Below are positions 41,239 to 52,875 of a stretch of 64,000 nt of DNA, piece by piece. The stretch is from contig NC_061789.1 of the NCBI RefSeq assembly GCF_022458985.1, forward strand, positions 11,543,707-11,607,706, given 5' to 3'. Each line of letters starts with the position of its first letter. Position 1 is the first letter of the stretch. Under the pieces are notes generated by a model. It saw nothing but the letters and a program-made list of their open reading frames with translations, was not told where the DNA came from and made no database searches. Made by a program: the position numbers and the translations under genes. This stretch comes from Mugil cephalus (taxonomy: Eukaryota).

Positions 41239-41800
41239 CCTCCTCCTCCTCCTCTCCTCCTCCTCCTCCTCCTCCTCCTCCCCGACCTCCAACCAGATTC
41301 ACTGAAAACTCCTCCTCAGGTCCTCATGCTGAGGGGCAGAGACGTGGGCCGGCCTCAGGTGAGACTCTCCACTTTCTCCTCCGGACGGCCAGGAAACAAA
41401 CACAATCTACAGCGATTCCCCCCCCTCCCGACCCCCGAGAGATGGAAACACCGCTCAGACTTTTCTCCACTCGACGTCGCGGGGCGGGGTTATGTTCCCA
41501 GGGTCAGCTGGAGGTTTGTGGAGCTGCCGCTGACAAGGAGGAGGAGATGTGGTTGAGACCGAAAAGCCTGAGAGGGAAAAAAAGAAACGAGAAAAACAGA
41601 TCAGCTCATCTGTCAGAGAGGTCCGGCCGTCCCGCCTGCCGGATGCGGAGTAAAGACGAAGTGAAGGCACGCGAGGAAGAAGCACTTTCAGGCTCCTCAT
41701 CCGCTCAGTGTCTGGACCGGTTTCAGCAGGACATTTGATCTCTAACATTAACAGAAACTCTCTGTCTGCTCGTTTCAGGTGGAGTTTTTTCAACACGCTG
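41239..41800 (-). promoter_or_regulatory. caskin2: caskin2 5'UTR and putative core promoter region (GC-rich, (GGA/GAG)n tract)
   Basis: Sits immediately upstream of the start codon on the minus strand. GC/CpG-rich with a purine-rich triplet repeat at 41222-41290. The TSS is not determinable from sequence alone. Confidence 0.3.
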
Positions 41801-42272
41801 TTTAGGATTATGAAATAACTCATCTTTTCTCTTAATGATTAGTCTAAGAAAGATAATGAGTCAGTGGTGAAATGCAGCACAACAAAAATACTCAGTTTAA
41901 TGTGATATAAAACGAAGAAGCGCAGGTGGAAACAGGTGTTTCTGCCATTAACCGATCAAACCGGTGATCTGCAATAAATCGAATAATAATTTTTGCCTTT
42001 TTTTTCATCTAACCTTGTTGACTTTCTTTCATCAGATCCAACGGAAACTCAAGATTTGAGGATTCGTTGGCCAAAACTAAAGCAGGACCTTTTCGCTGTC
42101 GTCTTATACATCAGGTCTAAAGAGAGAATTTCATACATTTGCAGCCTTTTCTGGAATCTCGACGCCGCAGAAGAGGATCTGTAAATCCTTCTTGTGCACA
42201 CAAGCGACGTTGTGGGTTTCCGTTCTTTCTCATGTCACATTTCAAGCCTGAAGGCAAACACGGCGTGCGCAC

Positions 42273-42297
42273 ACACACACACACACACACACACCTG
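42273..42297. repeat. (CA)n microsatellite
   Basis: cgcacacacacacacacacacacacc. Confidence 0.9.
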
Positions 42298-44767
42298 TCG
42301 CAGGTGAGATCAGAGCTGTGAAACCACAGAGCGAAGGAGCTGCCATTAGATGGTTTAATTACAAACCTACAGACAGGTTGCGGGCTCTGCTGTGTAAACA
42401 CTGACATTCAAGCCCGTGCGGCCTCTTCCACCAAGCCACACTCAGTGATTTCACACTTTTTTTTTTTTTTTTTTTTTAAAAAGCAGGGCTGTGGAGTCAC
42501 CTGACATCAGGCCCTTTGCTCTGCTGCTGCTGCTGCTGCTGCTTCCCTGGGGCCTCTTCTACGGACTCTGTGCCACGAAAACTGACTTCATTTCTCCTGC
42601 AGGACAGGCTACTTAAACTCTTCCAGCCCAGTGGCCAATCACAGACTTTCAGATACACGGGGAAGAGCTTCCATCTCTGCTCCACCGACACTACTGCTGC
42701 TGACAGGCCTGATCTCTGCGTGAAAACACCATAGCTGCTCTATGAAGTGTTTGGGGGGGGAGTGTGTGCGGATAGAAACAGCGGCGTGGCTCCGCGGCAC
42801 GCACCGAGCCCTGCTCTGTTTTCCTGGCCGCTTCATTACATAACTAACAGGGCTGTCATTCCCATTTACACCCATCATGTCCCTCTTTCTTCCCCCTCCC
42901 TCGGGCCTTTTCTACTCTCACTGCTTTCATGACGAGACGAACAATGCTCATAAATTTCCCTCTGACACTGCAGGGACTCCCAGCCTCGGTGAAGTGCTTC
43001 ACAGTGGACATGAATAAATCACTTCCCTGCTCACAAACTAGAATCACTTGACATCAATACTCTGAAGTTGACTCAGGCTGCTGCAGCACCAAACGTCCCA
43101 CGATGTTTGCAAACACCTTTTTACTTTTTTTTAAAGTGTGCAAATACTAAACACGATAAATGCACAATGCAAAAATCAGCATGTATGCACTTTTTAAGCC
43201 AAAATCTGTTTTTTTTAAATAAATTTTATATAACCGAGCTCACCAGTTTTATAAAACACACACTTAAAACTTTAGTCGACGTTTTTATGAATTAATAACA
43301 GTAACACTGCAATACGCCTAAAATGTGTGTCAGACTGGCAACATTAGTTTAAAGCTATCCACATTAAATTTACAATTTGCACTTTATTGTGGTTTAGTGC
43401 TCTTTGGTGGTTTCAAAATACGCCGAATTAAATGTTTGTTTCCGAAGATTCAGAAAAAATATATATTCTTATGTTATTTTACCAGTTTACGCACAAGCTA
43501 CGACAAATTTAACAAATTGTGAAAGGACTTCGGCGTGAAGCGGAGGAACGGGCATGTAAACACACCGCAGAGCTCCGACGACCTTTGTACCGAAGTTACT
43601 TCATGTGCTGGCAAGGTCCGTTTTCCTGAATATACACCTGTATACAAAACAGAAGATACTCATTTCGTGCGGGACTCACCTTTATTCTTAAAGTATGTCA
43701 GAAACTTTTCCAGCCTTGATTTTTGACGGAGCGGGGCGTCAGTTTGAAGGAAGAAACCCTGGAAAAGTAACGTTATTCCTTGTGTGGATATTCCAGAAAA
43801 GAAAGTGCCGTTTCCTTTCGTTTTTCCCGAACTTTCAAAAGTGGTAAATCACAGCATCATCCCAACGAAAACTTTACGCAAGTGTTTTATATACATTCAG
43901 GACTTTGGTACTTTATACGACTCTCCGTTTGCTGACGTTCCGACAGCTTTTCCCTCCTCTCCCTGAATGCCACATTCTCTCCGCTGGATTCTCCCAAATT
44001 TCCGCACGGTGTCAAGTTACTATGAACGCAACGCAGAACTTCCGAAAAGGAGTTTCAAAATAAATCACACAAATGAAACTACAGGTATCTGCATGAAAAA
44101 AATATATAATTTTCAGCCTCTTGTAAAGTCATGATATAGTCAACTTATGTTAGATTAGTTAATAATGTATTCCTGCATACTGTGCATGTTAGAACACACT
44201 GTGAAAATCTAATTATATATTTTAACATTTATATTTTGCAATATGTTGAAAATACTTAACTTCATAACTGAATTAATCACCTTCATTTATTTGCCCATTA
44301 ATATATACATATTTTACACTTAAAAAAAAAAAAAGAAAAGATCTGCAACAGTTCCAGTCATGATTTAATGTTAACACATTGTGTTCAAGTCCTGCTATCT
44401 TCCATAAGATTTCTGGAGACTCTCCCACTGCATTTAAGCTCTCCTTTTACAGAAAGTGAAAAACTTTAAATTGAATCACTCATACTTAAAAATGAAATTC
44501 ATCATTTTAATTCACATTTTTTAATTCTGTAACAAAAATATTTCATGGTGTTTCATGGCAAGTGCAAAAATGGTTCAGCATTGAAAAACAAAACTTAAAG
44601 TGTAAACATTACACATATGTTTGAAAGTGAAAAGGATTTCAGGATTCCTGTAGAATTCAAGCAAAAAGAAGCAACTTTTAGATTAACCCGAGGCCTCGAT
44701 TGTTCAGCCTGAGCTCGTGTTAAAAGCACCACAGACTGGTGAACTTGTCGTCTGAACGTTTCCTCCG

Positions 44768-44947
44768 TCAGCTTCTCGTCCTCCGCTGGTACAGCTTGAT
44801 TATCCTCTGGCGGTGTAGAGTCTCCCAGAGCTGGGCCTCCATTTGTAAGTCGTGGTTGGCGTAGAACCTCAGAGGCCGCCTCACAGAGTCGTAGTAATGG
44901 TCGGAGAACGCGGCGTAGTTCCTAGTGATGAAGCCATAAGCAGAAAC
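44768..44947 (-). CDS. st6galnac2: st6galnac2 terminal exon: [59 protein letters not shown]
   Basis: Acceptor cctgcag|GTTTCTGC, stop TGA at 44768-44770. Matches the ST6GALNAC2 C-terminus (sialylmotif S/VS region) [55 protein letters not shown]. Confidence 0.9.
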   Translation of the reverse strand, partial: VSAYGFITRNYAAFSDHYYDSVRRPLRFYANHDLQMEAQLWETLHRQRIIKLYQRRTRS

Positions 44948-45423
44948 CTGCAGGAACAGGACATCTCTTCATGATCATATGTAGCTTAGGTTTAAACCAG
45001 ATGAAAAACCAGTCCATATTTGGGTGAATTCATCAAAGTGTCACCCTTAATAGCAGCCGAATAAGCGATGACGATCTCCTGTTTGCTGTGTTTCCATAAA
45101 ATTTCACAGAACTATTTGGGAAATACTGTGAAACTGAAGAAACCTCAAAAACATCAAGATTCTTAAGCTAGTTCTGCAGTCAGAAGAATTGCCTTGAGCA
45201 GAGTTATGGATCTGTCATGAAGTTATCCACTAGATTTCACGATAAATTCATACAGTTTAAGTCACACTGAATCTAAAAAAAGGTGTGTTTGAGGTCTGCG
45301 TTTACAGATTTGAGTCATTACTCAGAACGAGAGTATTTATTTATTTATTAATTTTTTTTAAGAAGACAACCAATCTGACTCCCAGAAACCTGTGTGTTTG
45401 TGTATGTGTGTGCAGGAGAGACC

Positions 45424-45526
45424 TGGTCACAGGTATGTATGGCGGTGAGCAGCATCAGAGCTCCGGTGCTCGGCATGTACAAGTCACGACTCCTGATGTC
45501 GTCCAGCCGAGAAGATGCCAGGAAAC
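45424..45526 (-). CDS. st6galnac2: st6galnac2 exon: (N)[34 protein letters not shown]
   Basis: Acceptor gtttttcag|TTTCCTGGC and donor cag|gtctct. Matches human [33 protein letters not shown] (sialylmotif S). Confidence 0.9.
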
Positions 45527-45620
45527 TGAAAAACAGGCATGAAAAAGATTGGAGGACAATTATATAAGATAATCTGAGCTGTCGTCTGTCCATCAGTCCA
45601 TAGCCTCGTGTGCTGCTCAC

Positions 45621-45701
45621 TTGCGTGTCACGTAGGAGATAAAGGCTGGGTGGAGCATCTTGAAGTATTCAGCTGGTTTGTGGCCAAAATATCTCGAGGG
45701 T
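45621..45701 (-). CDS. st6galnac2: st6galnac2 exon: (R)[26 protein letters not shown]
   Basis: Acceptor gtcccacag|A and donor cgcaa|gtgagc. Matches human [30 protein letters not shown]. Confidence 0.85.
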
Positions 45702-46710
45702 CTGTGGGACGAGACACAACATCCGGATAAACAACGACAACAACAAGCATTTTTCAGACCATCACTGATGATTCTGAAAAATCAAAGTCAAAGGCAGCAG
45801 AATCTCTGTGTTTCAATGATTTCTTGTGCATCTTTGCCTTTGTCCTTGTGTTGTATGCTATTGTGTGTACTTCTGTAGTTCTTTTATATAAATCACTGTA
45901 GTTTTTTATGAATTTTTGCGTTTGTATTGTGCATTTCATTGGTTAATATTATATATTTCTACTTGCTTTGTGCATATTTGCGCTTTTATGGGTTTTGCTG
46001 TGCTTCACTGTGCGTACTTGTGTGTTCATGTTTGTGCTATGCGTTTCATGTGACATAAAATTCACAAACCTATTTGAAATAATCTGACTGTGGACTCAGG
46101 TGCAGTCTTGTGTTATTTGGTTGTCGTTTTCTCGCCCTTTGTGGTTTCACAGTGATGAAATGTCTTTTAAACAGTTTAGTTTTCAGATCAGACCTCCTGT
46201 GTGTTAAATTTCACATTTTTTACACATAATTCTCATTTAACAGGATTACACTGGAGGACATAAAAGGACAGAGAAAGAAAACAACAACCAGCACAAAATG
46301 TATTTTTGTGAAGCTGAACATTTGAGGAAACGCTGCCACCTTCAGGCCAAGCGGGGAAACACAGGAGACACTGCTACATAAATTAAACACATGCACCGTT
46401 GACAAGGCCCTCTATTAAACTGACAAACTGATGACATTATGATGCTTATGACAGTAATGTATTGACACCCCAGTGTAACAAGTTATCATCTTTAGATATT
46501 TCGTAAAAGGCTGCAGAGGATTCAACGGGGGATTAATCTGATCAGATAATTGATTGACTTGTGTGAGAAGTGGATTTATTTCCTGCTACTTTAGTGGCTG
46601 ATGCTAAGATCAATCAACAGTACAAAAATAATCTGCTCTTGATATAGTTTTTTTTTTTTAAGACAAACTCAAGAGTTGTGGTTCTGATTCGACGTCTCAG
46701 ACGAACTCAC

Positions 46711-46814
46711 CTGTCTCCTATGTCTTTTCCTGAGCGGATGGCCCGACCCCGAATAGCGGCAGCAAGCATCACATAATCTCTGATGTCTGCAGGGATGAAG
46801 ATGTATTTGATGTC
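46711..46814 (-). CDS. st6galnac2: st6galnac2 exon: [34 protein letters not shown](R)
   Basis: Acceptor gtgtgtgcag|GACATCAAA and donor gacag|gtgagt. Matches human [35 protein letters not shown]. Confidence 0.9.
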
Positions 46815-46890
46815 CTGCACACACACACACAAAGAGATCAGCTGTGACGCAGCAACAATTAACCACTGTTTGTCTCTGAGCGTCTCTCAC

Positions 46891-47029
46891 TGGACTCTGA
46901 GGGATTCTGGTGAAGCCGTCTCCGCGGTACCAGATGAGCGCGTGCTTCATTGTGTTGGTGGAGAAACCGTAGAAGGAAATCTTCTTCCCCACGTCTTTCT
47001 CAAAGCCGCTGATCATCGCTCCGTTCATC
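46891..47029 (-). CDS. st6galnac2: st6galnac2 exon: (R)[46 protein letters not shown]
   Basis: Acceptor cctcgcccag|G and donor cca|gtgagag. Matches human [46 protein letters not shown]. Confidence 0.9.
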
Positions 47030-47706
47030 CTGGGCGAGGAGAAAACACGTTGCATTACACAGATCATAGGCCTTCAACAGGTACTGTGGGGGGCAAAATC
47101 TTTGGTTGATTAGACATACATAGCTATATATAACTTTGCCCCTCAAATTTAAATTTCTTTAAATACACATTAACATGAATCCAACATATTGTAGTAAAGG
47201 GATAAATGGAGGCAGAAGACGTTCTTTCAGTCAACACTTCAAAATACAGGAGCTGCTGAGACTTGTCAATCTAAGACTCATGTACACAATAGGCCCCGCC
47301 CTTATCGCTGCTGCACCAATAACAAGGCCGCATACTACACGCTGACTCTGTCCGGTTCTCCGCAATATGCCGAGATCCTCTTCAGTCCCCAGGTGATACC
47401 CCACAGGTACGCTGCATTATTAGCAGAAGAGATGCTAAAAATGTAGCTTGCTCCCATCTGTCTACTACTGAGGCCAAAATGGATTGTTTTGTTACTAGAA
47501 CAAAAAGTGCCGGGTTTAGTATAGCACACAAATAGTGGGTAGGGGGTCCCTACTCTATCTGTCCATCAGTTTGTGGGTCCTTGGCCTAAAAACGTTCAAG
47601 ACCCCTGACATAGATCGATCACATTATCAAAAAAACATTCTCAAAGATTCAAGGTGAGTCAACTGCAATACAACCTGCAGCATGAAGCATTAAAGTCTGA
47701 TGTCAC

Positions 47707-47860
47707 CTGAACACAAAGTCATGGCTGTCGATGTTCTTCCCTTGCCGGGACCCTCGGAGGATTCCTCCATTTCCCACCACAGCACAACGAACACACCTGT
47801 CAGGTGAGCCGCGCTCAAACAGATGAGAGCTGCTGAGCTGAGAGACGGACGATTTGACGA
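47707..47860 (-). CDS. st6galnac2: st6galnac2 exon: [50 protein letters not shown](R) (sialylmotif L)
   Basis: Acceptor ctgtctccgcag|TCGTC and donor ttcag|gtgaca. Matches human [34 protein letters not shown]. Length 154 nt is phase-consistent. Confidence 0.85.
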
Positions 47861-47959
47861 CTGCGGAGACAGAGACACGAGCGGAGAATCAGCCACGTTG
47901 TTCTCAGCAGCGTTCTTTACCTCCAGGATAAAAACATTAGAGACGGAAAAGCTCTGCAC

Positions 47960-48131
47960 CGTCAGCAGGAACAGACTTCCAGCCGTACGGTGGCCGCTGA
48001 TTCTTCAGCTGCTCCCAGGCCGGTTTGGAGAAGCTTCCCGCCGACAGGAAGACTGACACGGAGAAGCTGAAGATTTTGTTGACCAGAGGATTGTTCCTCA
48101 CCGCTTTCCTCAGAGAACACGCTGCTTCCAC
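47960..48131 (-). CDS. st6galnac2: st6galnac2 exon: VEAACSLRKAVRNNPLVNKIFSFSVSVFLSAGSFSKPAWEQLKNQRPPYGWKSVPAD
   Basis: Acceptor gtctacag|GTGGAAGC, donor gacg|gtgcag. Matches human ST6GALNAC2 stem region CRHLLHLAIQRHPHFRGLFNLSIPVLLWGDLFTPALWDRLSQHKAPYGWRGLSHQ. Confidence 0.8.
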
Positions 48132-48289
48132 CTGTAGACACACAATGAACTATGACTAGATATGACAGTGGTAAATTAATAAAACCACACACGCTGCAAA
48201 AACTACAGAAAAAAGAAAAAAAAATGGACGTCGGGTTCATGGAAGAATTACTGAAGAGGTCTGACAGGGCAAAGGAAGCAGCTGTTGGT

Positions 48290-48600
48290 AAAGACACAAA
48301 ATAACCACAAAGAGGTACGATACAACCACAAAGACAAAAAACTAAAACTACAAAGATACAAAAAATAACCTCAAAGAGACAAAACAACCACAGTGATACA
48401 AATAACAACCAAAAGAGATGAAATACAACCACAGAGACGCAAAGCAACAACTACCGAGATACAAAAAACAATTACTGAGATACAAAAAAAACAACACAGA
48501 GGTAACAAACAACAGCCACATAGATACAAAAAACAACCAGACACTGAACAACCACAAAGATACAAAAAATAACCTCAGAGACAAAACAGCACAGAGACCC
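48290..48600. repeat. Minisatellite (~20 bp unit aaccacaaagatacaaaaaat) in an st6galnac2 intron
   Basis: About 15 imperfect tandem units. It creates a spurious 162-aa low-complexity ORF (47962-48450). Its reverse complement is related to the array at 59570-60060. Confidence 0.8.
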
Positions 48601-48667
48601 AACAAACAACTGATGTTTTGTACCGTTGAATAAAATATCGTCCTGAGCAGCAGCTGTTCAAACTCAC

Positions 48668-48749
48668 CAGATCTTCGTCCTCGGTGGCGAAGCTGATGTT
48701 CCAGGTCGGTTGAAAGTCTGGCTCAGCGCTGTCCTCTAGTGGCTGCACA
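48668..48749 (-). CDS. st6galnac2: st6galnac2 exon 2: (S)VQPLEDSAEPDFQPTWNISFATEDEDL
   Basis: Acceptor ttttgtgaggtcag|T was chosen because it is the only AG giving an open frame that joins exon 1 (phase 2) to exon 3. Donor gatctg|gtgagt. This is the poorly conserved stem region. Confidence 0.6.
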
Positions 48750-49082
48750 CTGACCTCACAAAACACAACAACAGGTGGGTTAAAACGGCCCACACTTTTA
48801 AAGATGTAAATAAAGACGCAAATAAGAATAAAGTGCATGCACCAGATTTATGTATGCAAGAAGTAATATGACGTATAAAGTAATATTATATGGAAATATT
48901 TGTTTGTGAAGAACATAACGCAGCAGGATAGTGATTACTTGTAAATCAAGTAACATCAGGAAGTGGGTAACTGACTGTCGAGGACTTTCCCCCACAGTCA
49001 ACTGACCTCAACCGCACTGGGCATTCACGAGAAGAGAAACATTTCTGGAGCATTGTCAAATAATGCTGAAACAGCCTCCTAC

Positions 49083-49177
49083 CTGCGGCCCCAGTCGCTG
49101 AAAGTCCCGTATAAAACTATGGAGACGACGAAGGTCCCCAGCAGGAGGAAAGCACACTTGAAGGAGGGCGCTCTCAT
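49083..49177 (-). CDS. st6galnac2: st6galnac2 exon 1 coding part: MRAPSFKCAFLLLGTFVVSIVLYGTFSDWGR (type II signal-anchor)
   Basis: ATG at 49177-49175 (minus), followed by a hydrophobic signal-anchor typical of Golgi sialyltransferases. Donor cgcag|gtagga. Confidence 0.75.
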
Positions 49178-51477
49178 GGTTGTGTGAATAGCTCCTTTCC
49201 TGTCGGGTGCAATCAGTCCCCGAGATGCGAGGAGAGGAGAGCCGCACCTGCCCCACTCATCTCACCTGTTCACGGGGGGAAAAGGCAAACACGGGACGCC
49301 TCGGGAGTGAAAACTGTGCAAACCAGATGCTGCGATGGTGGAAGAAGCGGCGACAGTTAGTTTCCCCTGTCCCGAGGACTAACACACCTGCCGTGGTGTC
49401 ACCTGCGAGGGCGGGGCTACGGTCAAAATCACGAAAAATGAAATAAAACCGTCAAACAGAGTCACCCGAACAGACTGGCCAGACCGGAGTATCCAGTTTC
49501 AGACCAAAACGTGTTTCATGAAAGACTTAATAATAAATCCTGTTTCTTTATTTAAATTTGTACCAAACAGCCATCTGAACAATACGAAGAGTCAATCACA
49601 CTGCTCTGTGCAGAACATTAATTAAATCTTTCCACTGAGCTGCTGTTCAAATTATCTTTCTGGCCAACAGGTGGCGCCACGGGTTCGTCACATGTGAACG
49701 TTTATATTTGTTTATCAAACAGAAGCTGTTCACGGACTGTTCATCGGCTCTTACAGTAATTCTCGCCTTTCTTCCATTTTTACACTTTTCTTTTGTAATC
49801 TTAAAATGTTCGTATAAATTGTAAAGGAAATCCACCAGGTGTTGAACCTCATCAATATTCAATTCTCATATATTTCTGATAAAATTTCTGTCCATAATTT
49901 GAATCCCCCATCCAATTTACCAAGTTTGAATTGTTCATTTCCCCAGATAGGAATACATCTTTTTTTAGTTATTGTTTCATAAACGAAGTTATGTGCTACA
50001 TACCATACTGATACAATATTTTTTAGCAAAAGGCTTTCTTTGTCTGCTTTTTCAGCGTATTGATATCTGAGGAATATAAATACTGCTTTATGGGTGATAT
50101 GGGTGACACTTTTTTCACTTTTTACCGGTGCCTCTGAGTCTGACTCCATTGCTCCTCCACCTCTACCTTCACATTCCCACCGCATGCGTCAGGGGAGGAG
50201 GAGGGAGGTCAAAGGGGAGTTGTTCATGCTCAATTTTTCACTAAGTGCTCTTGACAGAAAGGTAAGAATTGGCAGGACCTTGACAAACTATTCACCTGTG
50301 TTGTCTCCTGCTGCCACCAGATGGCGACAGTTGATAACAAGTTATAATCGCCCAAAAGTCCTAAATGAAGTGTGCTGTGTTTTTTTTTTTTCATTTATGT
50401 TCTCAGGTCCACCTTTGTAGGACAACAGGTTGCAAGAAACACTGTACAACAGGTTTACACTGTATACTGACGGAGGTCACAGCGTCTGATTGTTAGCGTT
50501 CTTGGTGACAATAACATGTTTTTTTGTGTTTTGTGTCTCTTGTGGCAATTTTGCACGTTTGTGGTCATTTTTAAAAATGATTTATATTGTATTCCTTTGT
50601 AGTAGTTATTTTGTATCTTTCAGGAATGTTCTGCTGGAAAAGAGCAGGGGCCCTCTGATCTATCCATGACAGGCTGCGTTAATAACCAATACATCATCCA
50701 GATATTGAGAATAAATACTTATAGATATACTGAGGCTTCAGAATAACTTGTATTTGTTCTCTGGTTGCACAGAATAGTTGTGTTGAATTTTGGCTTTACT
50801 ATGTTGTCTGTGTGTTATTTCATTGCTCTGAATAAAGTTGTGTATTATTTTGCAGGCTTGGCCCTGGTAGGTTACTGCACTGAGCTCTACAATTAAAAGA
50901 GTTGATCCAATAATATCCTAAATAATAAAAAAAAAAAGTAGCTTCAGATAACGACCTTGGATCTAATGGACTTAGACACCTATTGGTAGCATTCTGGTTA
51001 CATAATCAAGTACAAATAGCTCAGTAATGGTAAATGAATAGCTTAGTAAATTGTTGTGATAACCTGAACCTGCAAATAAATATCGTATCAGTAGTCTTAT
51101 CAGTACTTACACAATTTGCCTACTAGTGAAAACAATGAGTCACGTACATAAAGATGGCCAAGCGTTTTTCTTTTTTTTTTTCTTCCTGGAATCTACTGGA
51201 GCCACTTTCCAAGTTTGTAGGTCACAACTGAACATCTCTATTGCCTCTTTCAGCCCTTGGTATTTCTCAAGCTTCTCGTGTTCCATCTCTTTTCAGAGGG
51301 TGCTTCCCGTTGTATTCCTTAATCTATGTTGTTTCATCCTGGATAGGGGCTCTGACGCTCACTGGTCATCCATAATTCCAGGGTTAATCTCAGAATGCAG
51401 GATTTTGGGGTCAAACCCAAGAGTTTTGTGAAGGGTGAAAATATCAGTGTCCTTTATCTCCTCCTGAGTCAACTTAG

Positions 51478-51535
51478 ACCGATCAGGCATAACATTATGA
51501 CCACCTGCTTGATATTGACAGCAAGGCGAAGGTGT
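51478..51535. mobile_element. Solo Tc1-family terminal repeat fragment
   Basis: ACCGATCAGGCATAACATTATGACCACCTGCTTGATATTGACAGC shares the terminal ~30 nt with the copies at 9871 and 63703. Confidence 0.5.
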
Positions 51536-52559
51536 TGATAGCCCTCGATGTTATACATCAACAAGATCAAACAAGAATATTAAAGCCAAGAAGGTAAAGC
51601 TATTCAAAAGCTTTTCAAAAGGGGCCGGAAGCCTTTGAATGAATATAAAGGAATGAGTCATTCAAGATTGTAAATCATCTTGGCAAGAGGAGTGTTCATC
51701 TGAATAAATGGACAGATAGAATAGCATATCATCAACACAGCGAAAATAAATGTCAATATTTACATTCTATCGCATAAAGGGAACATATGAACTGAAAACA
51801 GTAACAGTGGATAGACCCCTGGGAGATACCGCACCAGTAAAGTAATGTTTTTGGCAGTGACTGAAGTTCGACCGTTAATATAAGAATACACACAGAGAGT
51901 TTATCACCGTCTTTATCACGTTTTTTTGATAAACTCACGAAGAGCATGTACCCTTCCTTAAGAGTCTTAGCAACACTGCCAGTGCTCAAATATCTCATTC
52001 ACATTGAAAAAACAATGTATTGTTGGTAACATTTAAGCTTAACCTCTCACATAAATGTGGATTAGAATACACAAATGCAGCCTAGCATTTATGAAATCAT
52101 ATTTTGCCATTATCCTTATTGAGTGTCTTCTTTCACTAAAGTGGCATTATGGGTTGTTGCTTTTGAGAAAAAAAGGAGCCAAATCCGCGGAATGATTGAG
52201 GGTGATTATTCCAGCCATGAGCCCTTGCTATTGCTACTATCATACATCGTACTGCTCAGCTACACATTTTCACAGTGCTTACAAACCTGTTACAAACACT
52301 GTGCCAAGCTGAATGGCGGTAACTCAGGAGGTGAAAGAGGTGAAAGGCTGGCGGTTCGATTCCACCCTCTTCCTAGTCCTAGTCTGATGATTGGTGGTTG
52401 GCAGCTAATGGGCAGATAGATGATTGTGAATGATTTGACATAGAAGTAACATACAACCTGAGTGTCTCAGAGCAGACCCCTAAGTAACATGCTTTAGTGA
52501 AACTACCATGTGGTAAAACTAAAGCATGTGGAAAGCACGTGGAGCTCCGCCTTGTGCTG

Positions 52560-52875
52560 GCTGCAGTATTGGTCCATGTAAATGGATTGGAGTTGGGCCT
52601 GAAACACTAAAATACACTTCATAATGTTGATCTATGTTCAAGTAATTGACAGTTGCCATTGCCAACCGAATGCTGGGCCGAATGCACACACACATTGCAT
52701 TTTGGGATTTGTACTGATACTAAAATAGTCTGTTTGAAACCTGCAAAATGAGTTAACATTATTTATTTATTTGGCTGAAATAAACTTTTATTTTGTGAGA
52801 CTGAAGGAGAAGTAAGGTAATGTGACTCCACTCTCAGACAGTACTACACGGACTCTGGCTCCAAACTCGCAACAT
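52560..52875. repeat. Local segmental duplicate (copy A of a ~300 bp block; copy B at 54405-54780)
   Basis: aatgttgatctatgtt(c/g)aagtaattgacagttgccattgccaacc…ctgtttgaa…aaataaacttttattttgtgaga…aatgtgactc…acggactctggctcca(a/g)actcgcaacatg is shared at about 85% identity. Confidence 0.7.

Noticed and set aside
41017-41292. N-terminally extended caskin2 ORF starting MEVGEEEEEEEEERRRRR
   Set aside because: The extension begins at a TTG, not an ATG. The conserved MGKEQ methionine with a good Kozak context is the start, and the upstream part is (GAG)n 5'UTR.
41326-41738. Plus-strand ORFs upstream of caskin2 (possible divergent gene such as tsen54)
   Set aside because: The translations show no similarity to TSEN54 or any family I recognise. 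They probably reflect GC-rich promoter/5'UTR sequence.
47962-48450. 162-aa minus-strand ORF (MLLCVSVVVFHLFWLLFVSLWLF…)
   Set aside because: Low-complexity translation of the intronic ~20 bp minisatellite in st6galnac2. Only its last ~55 codons in another register overlap the real exon at 47960-48131.
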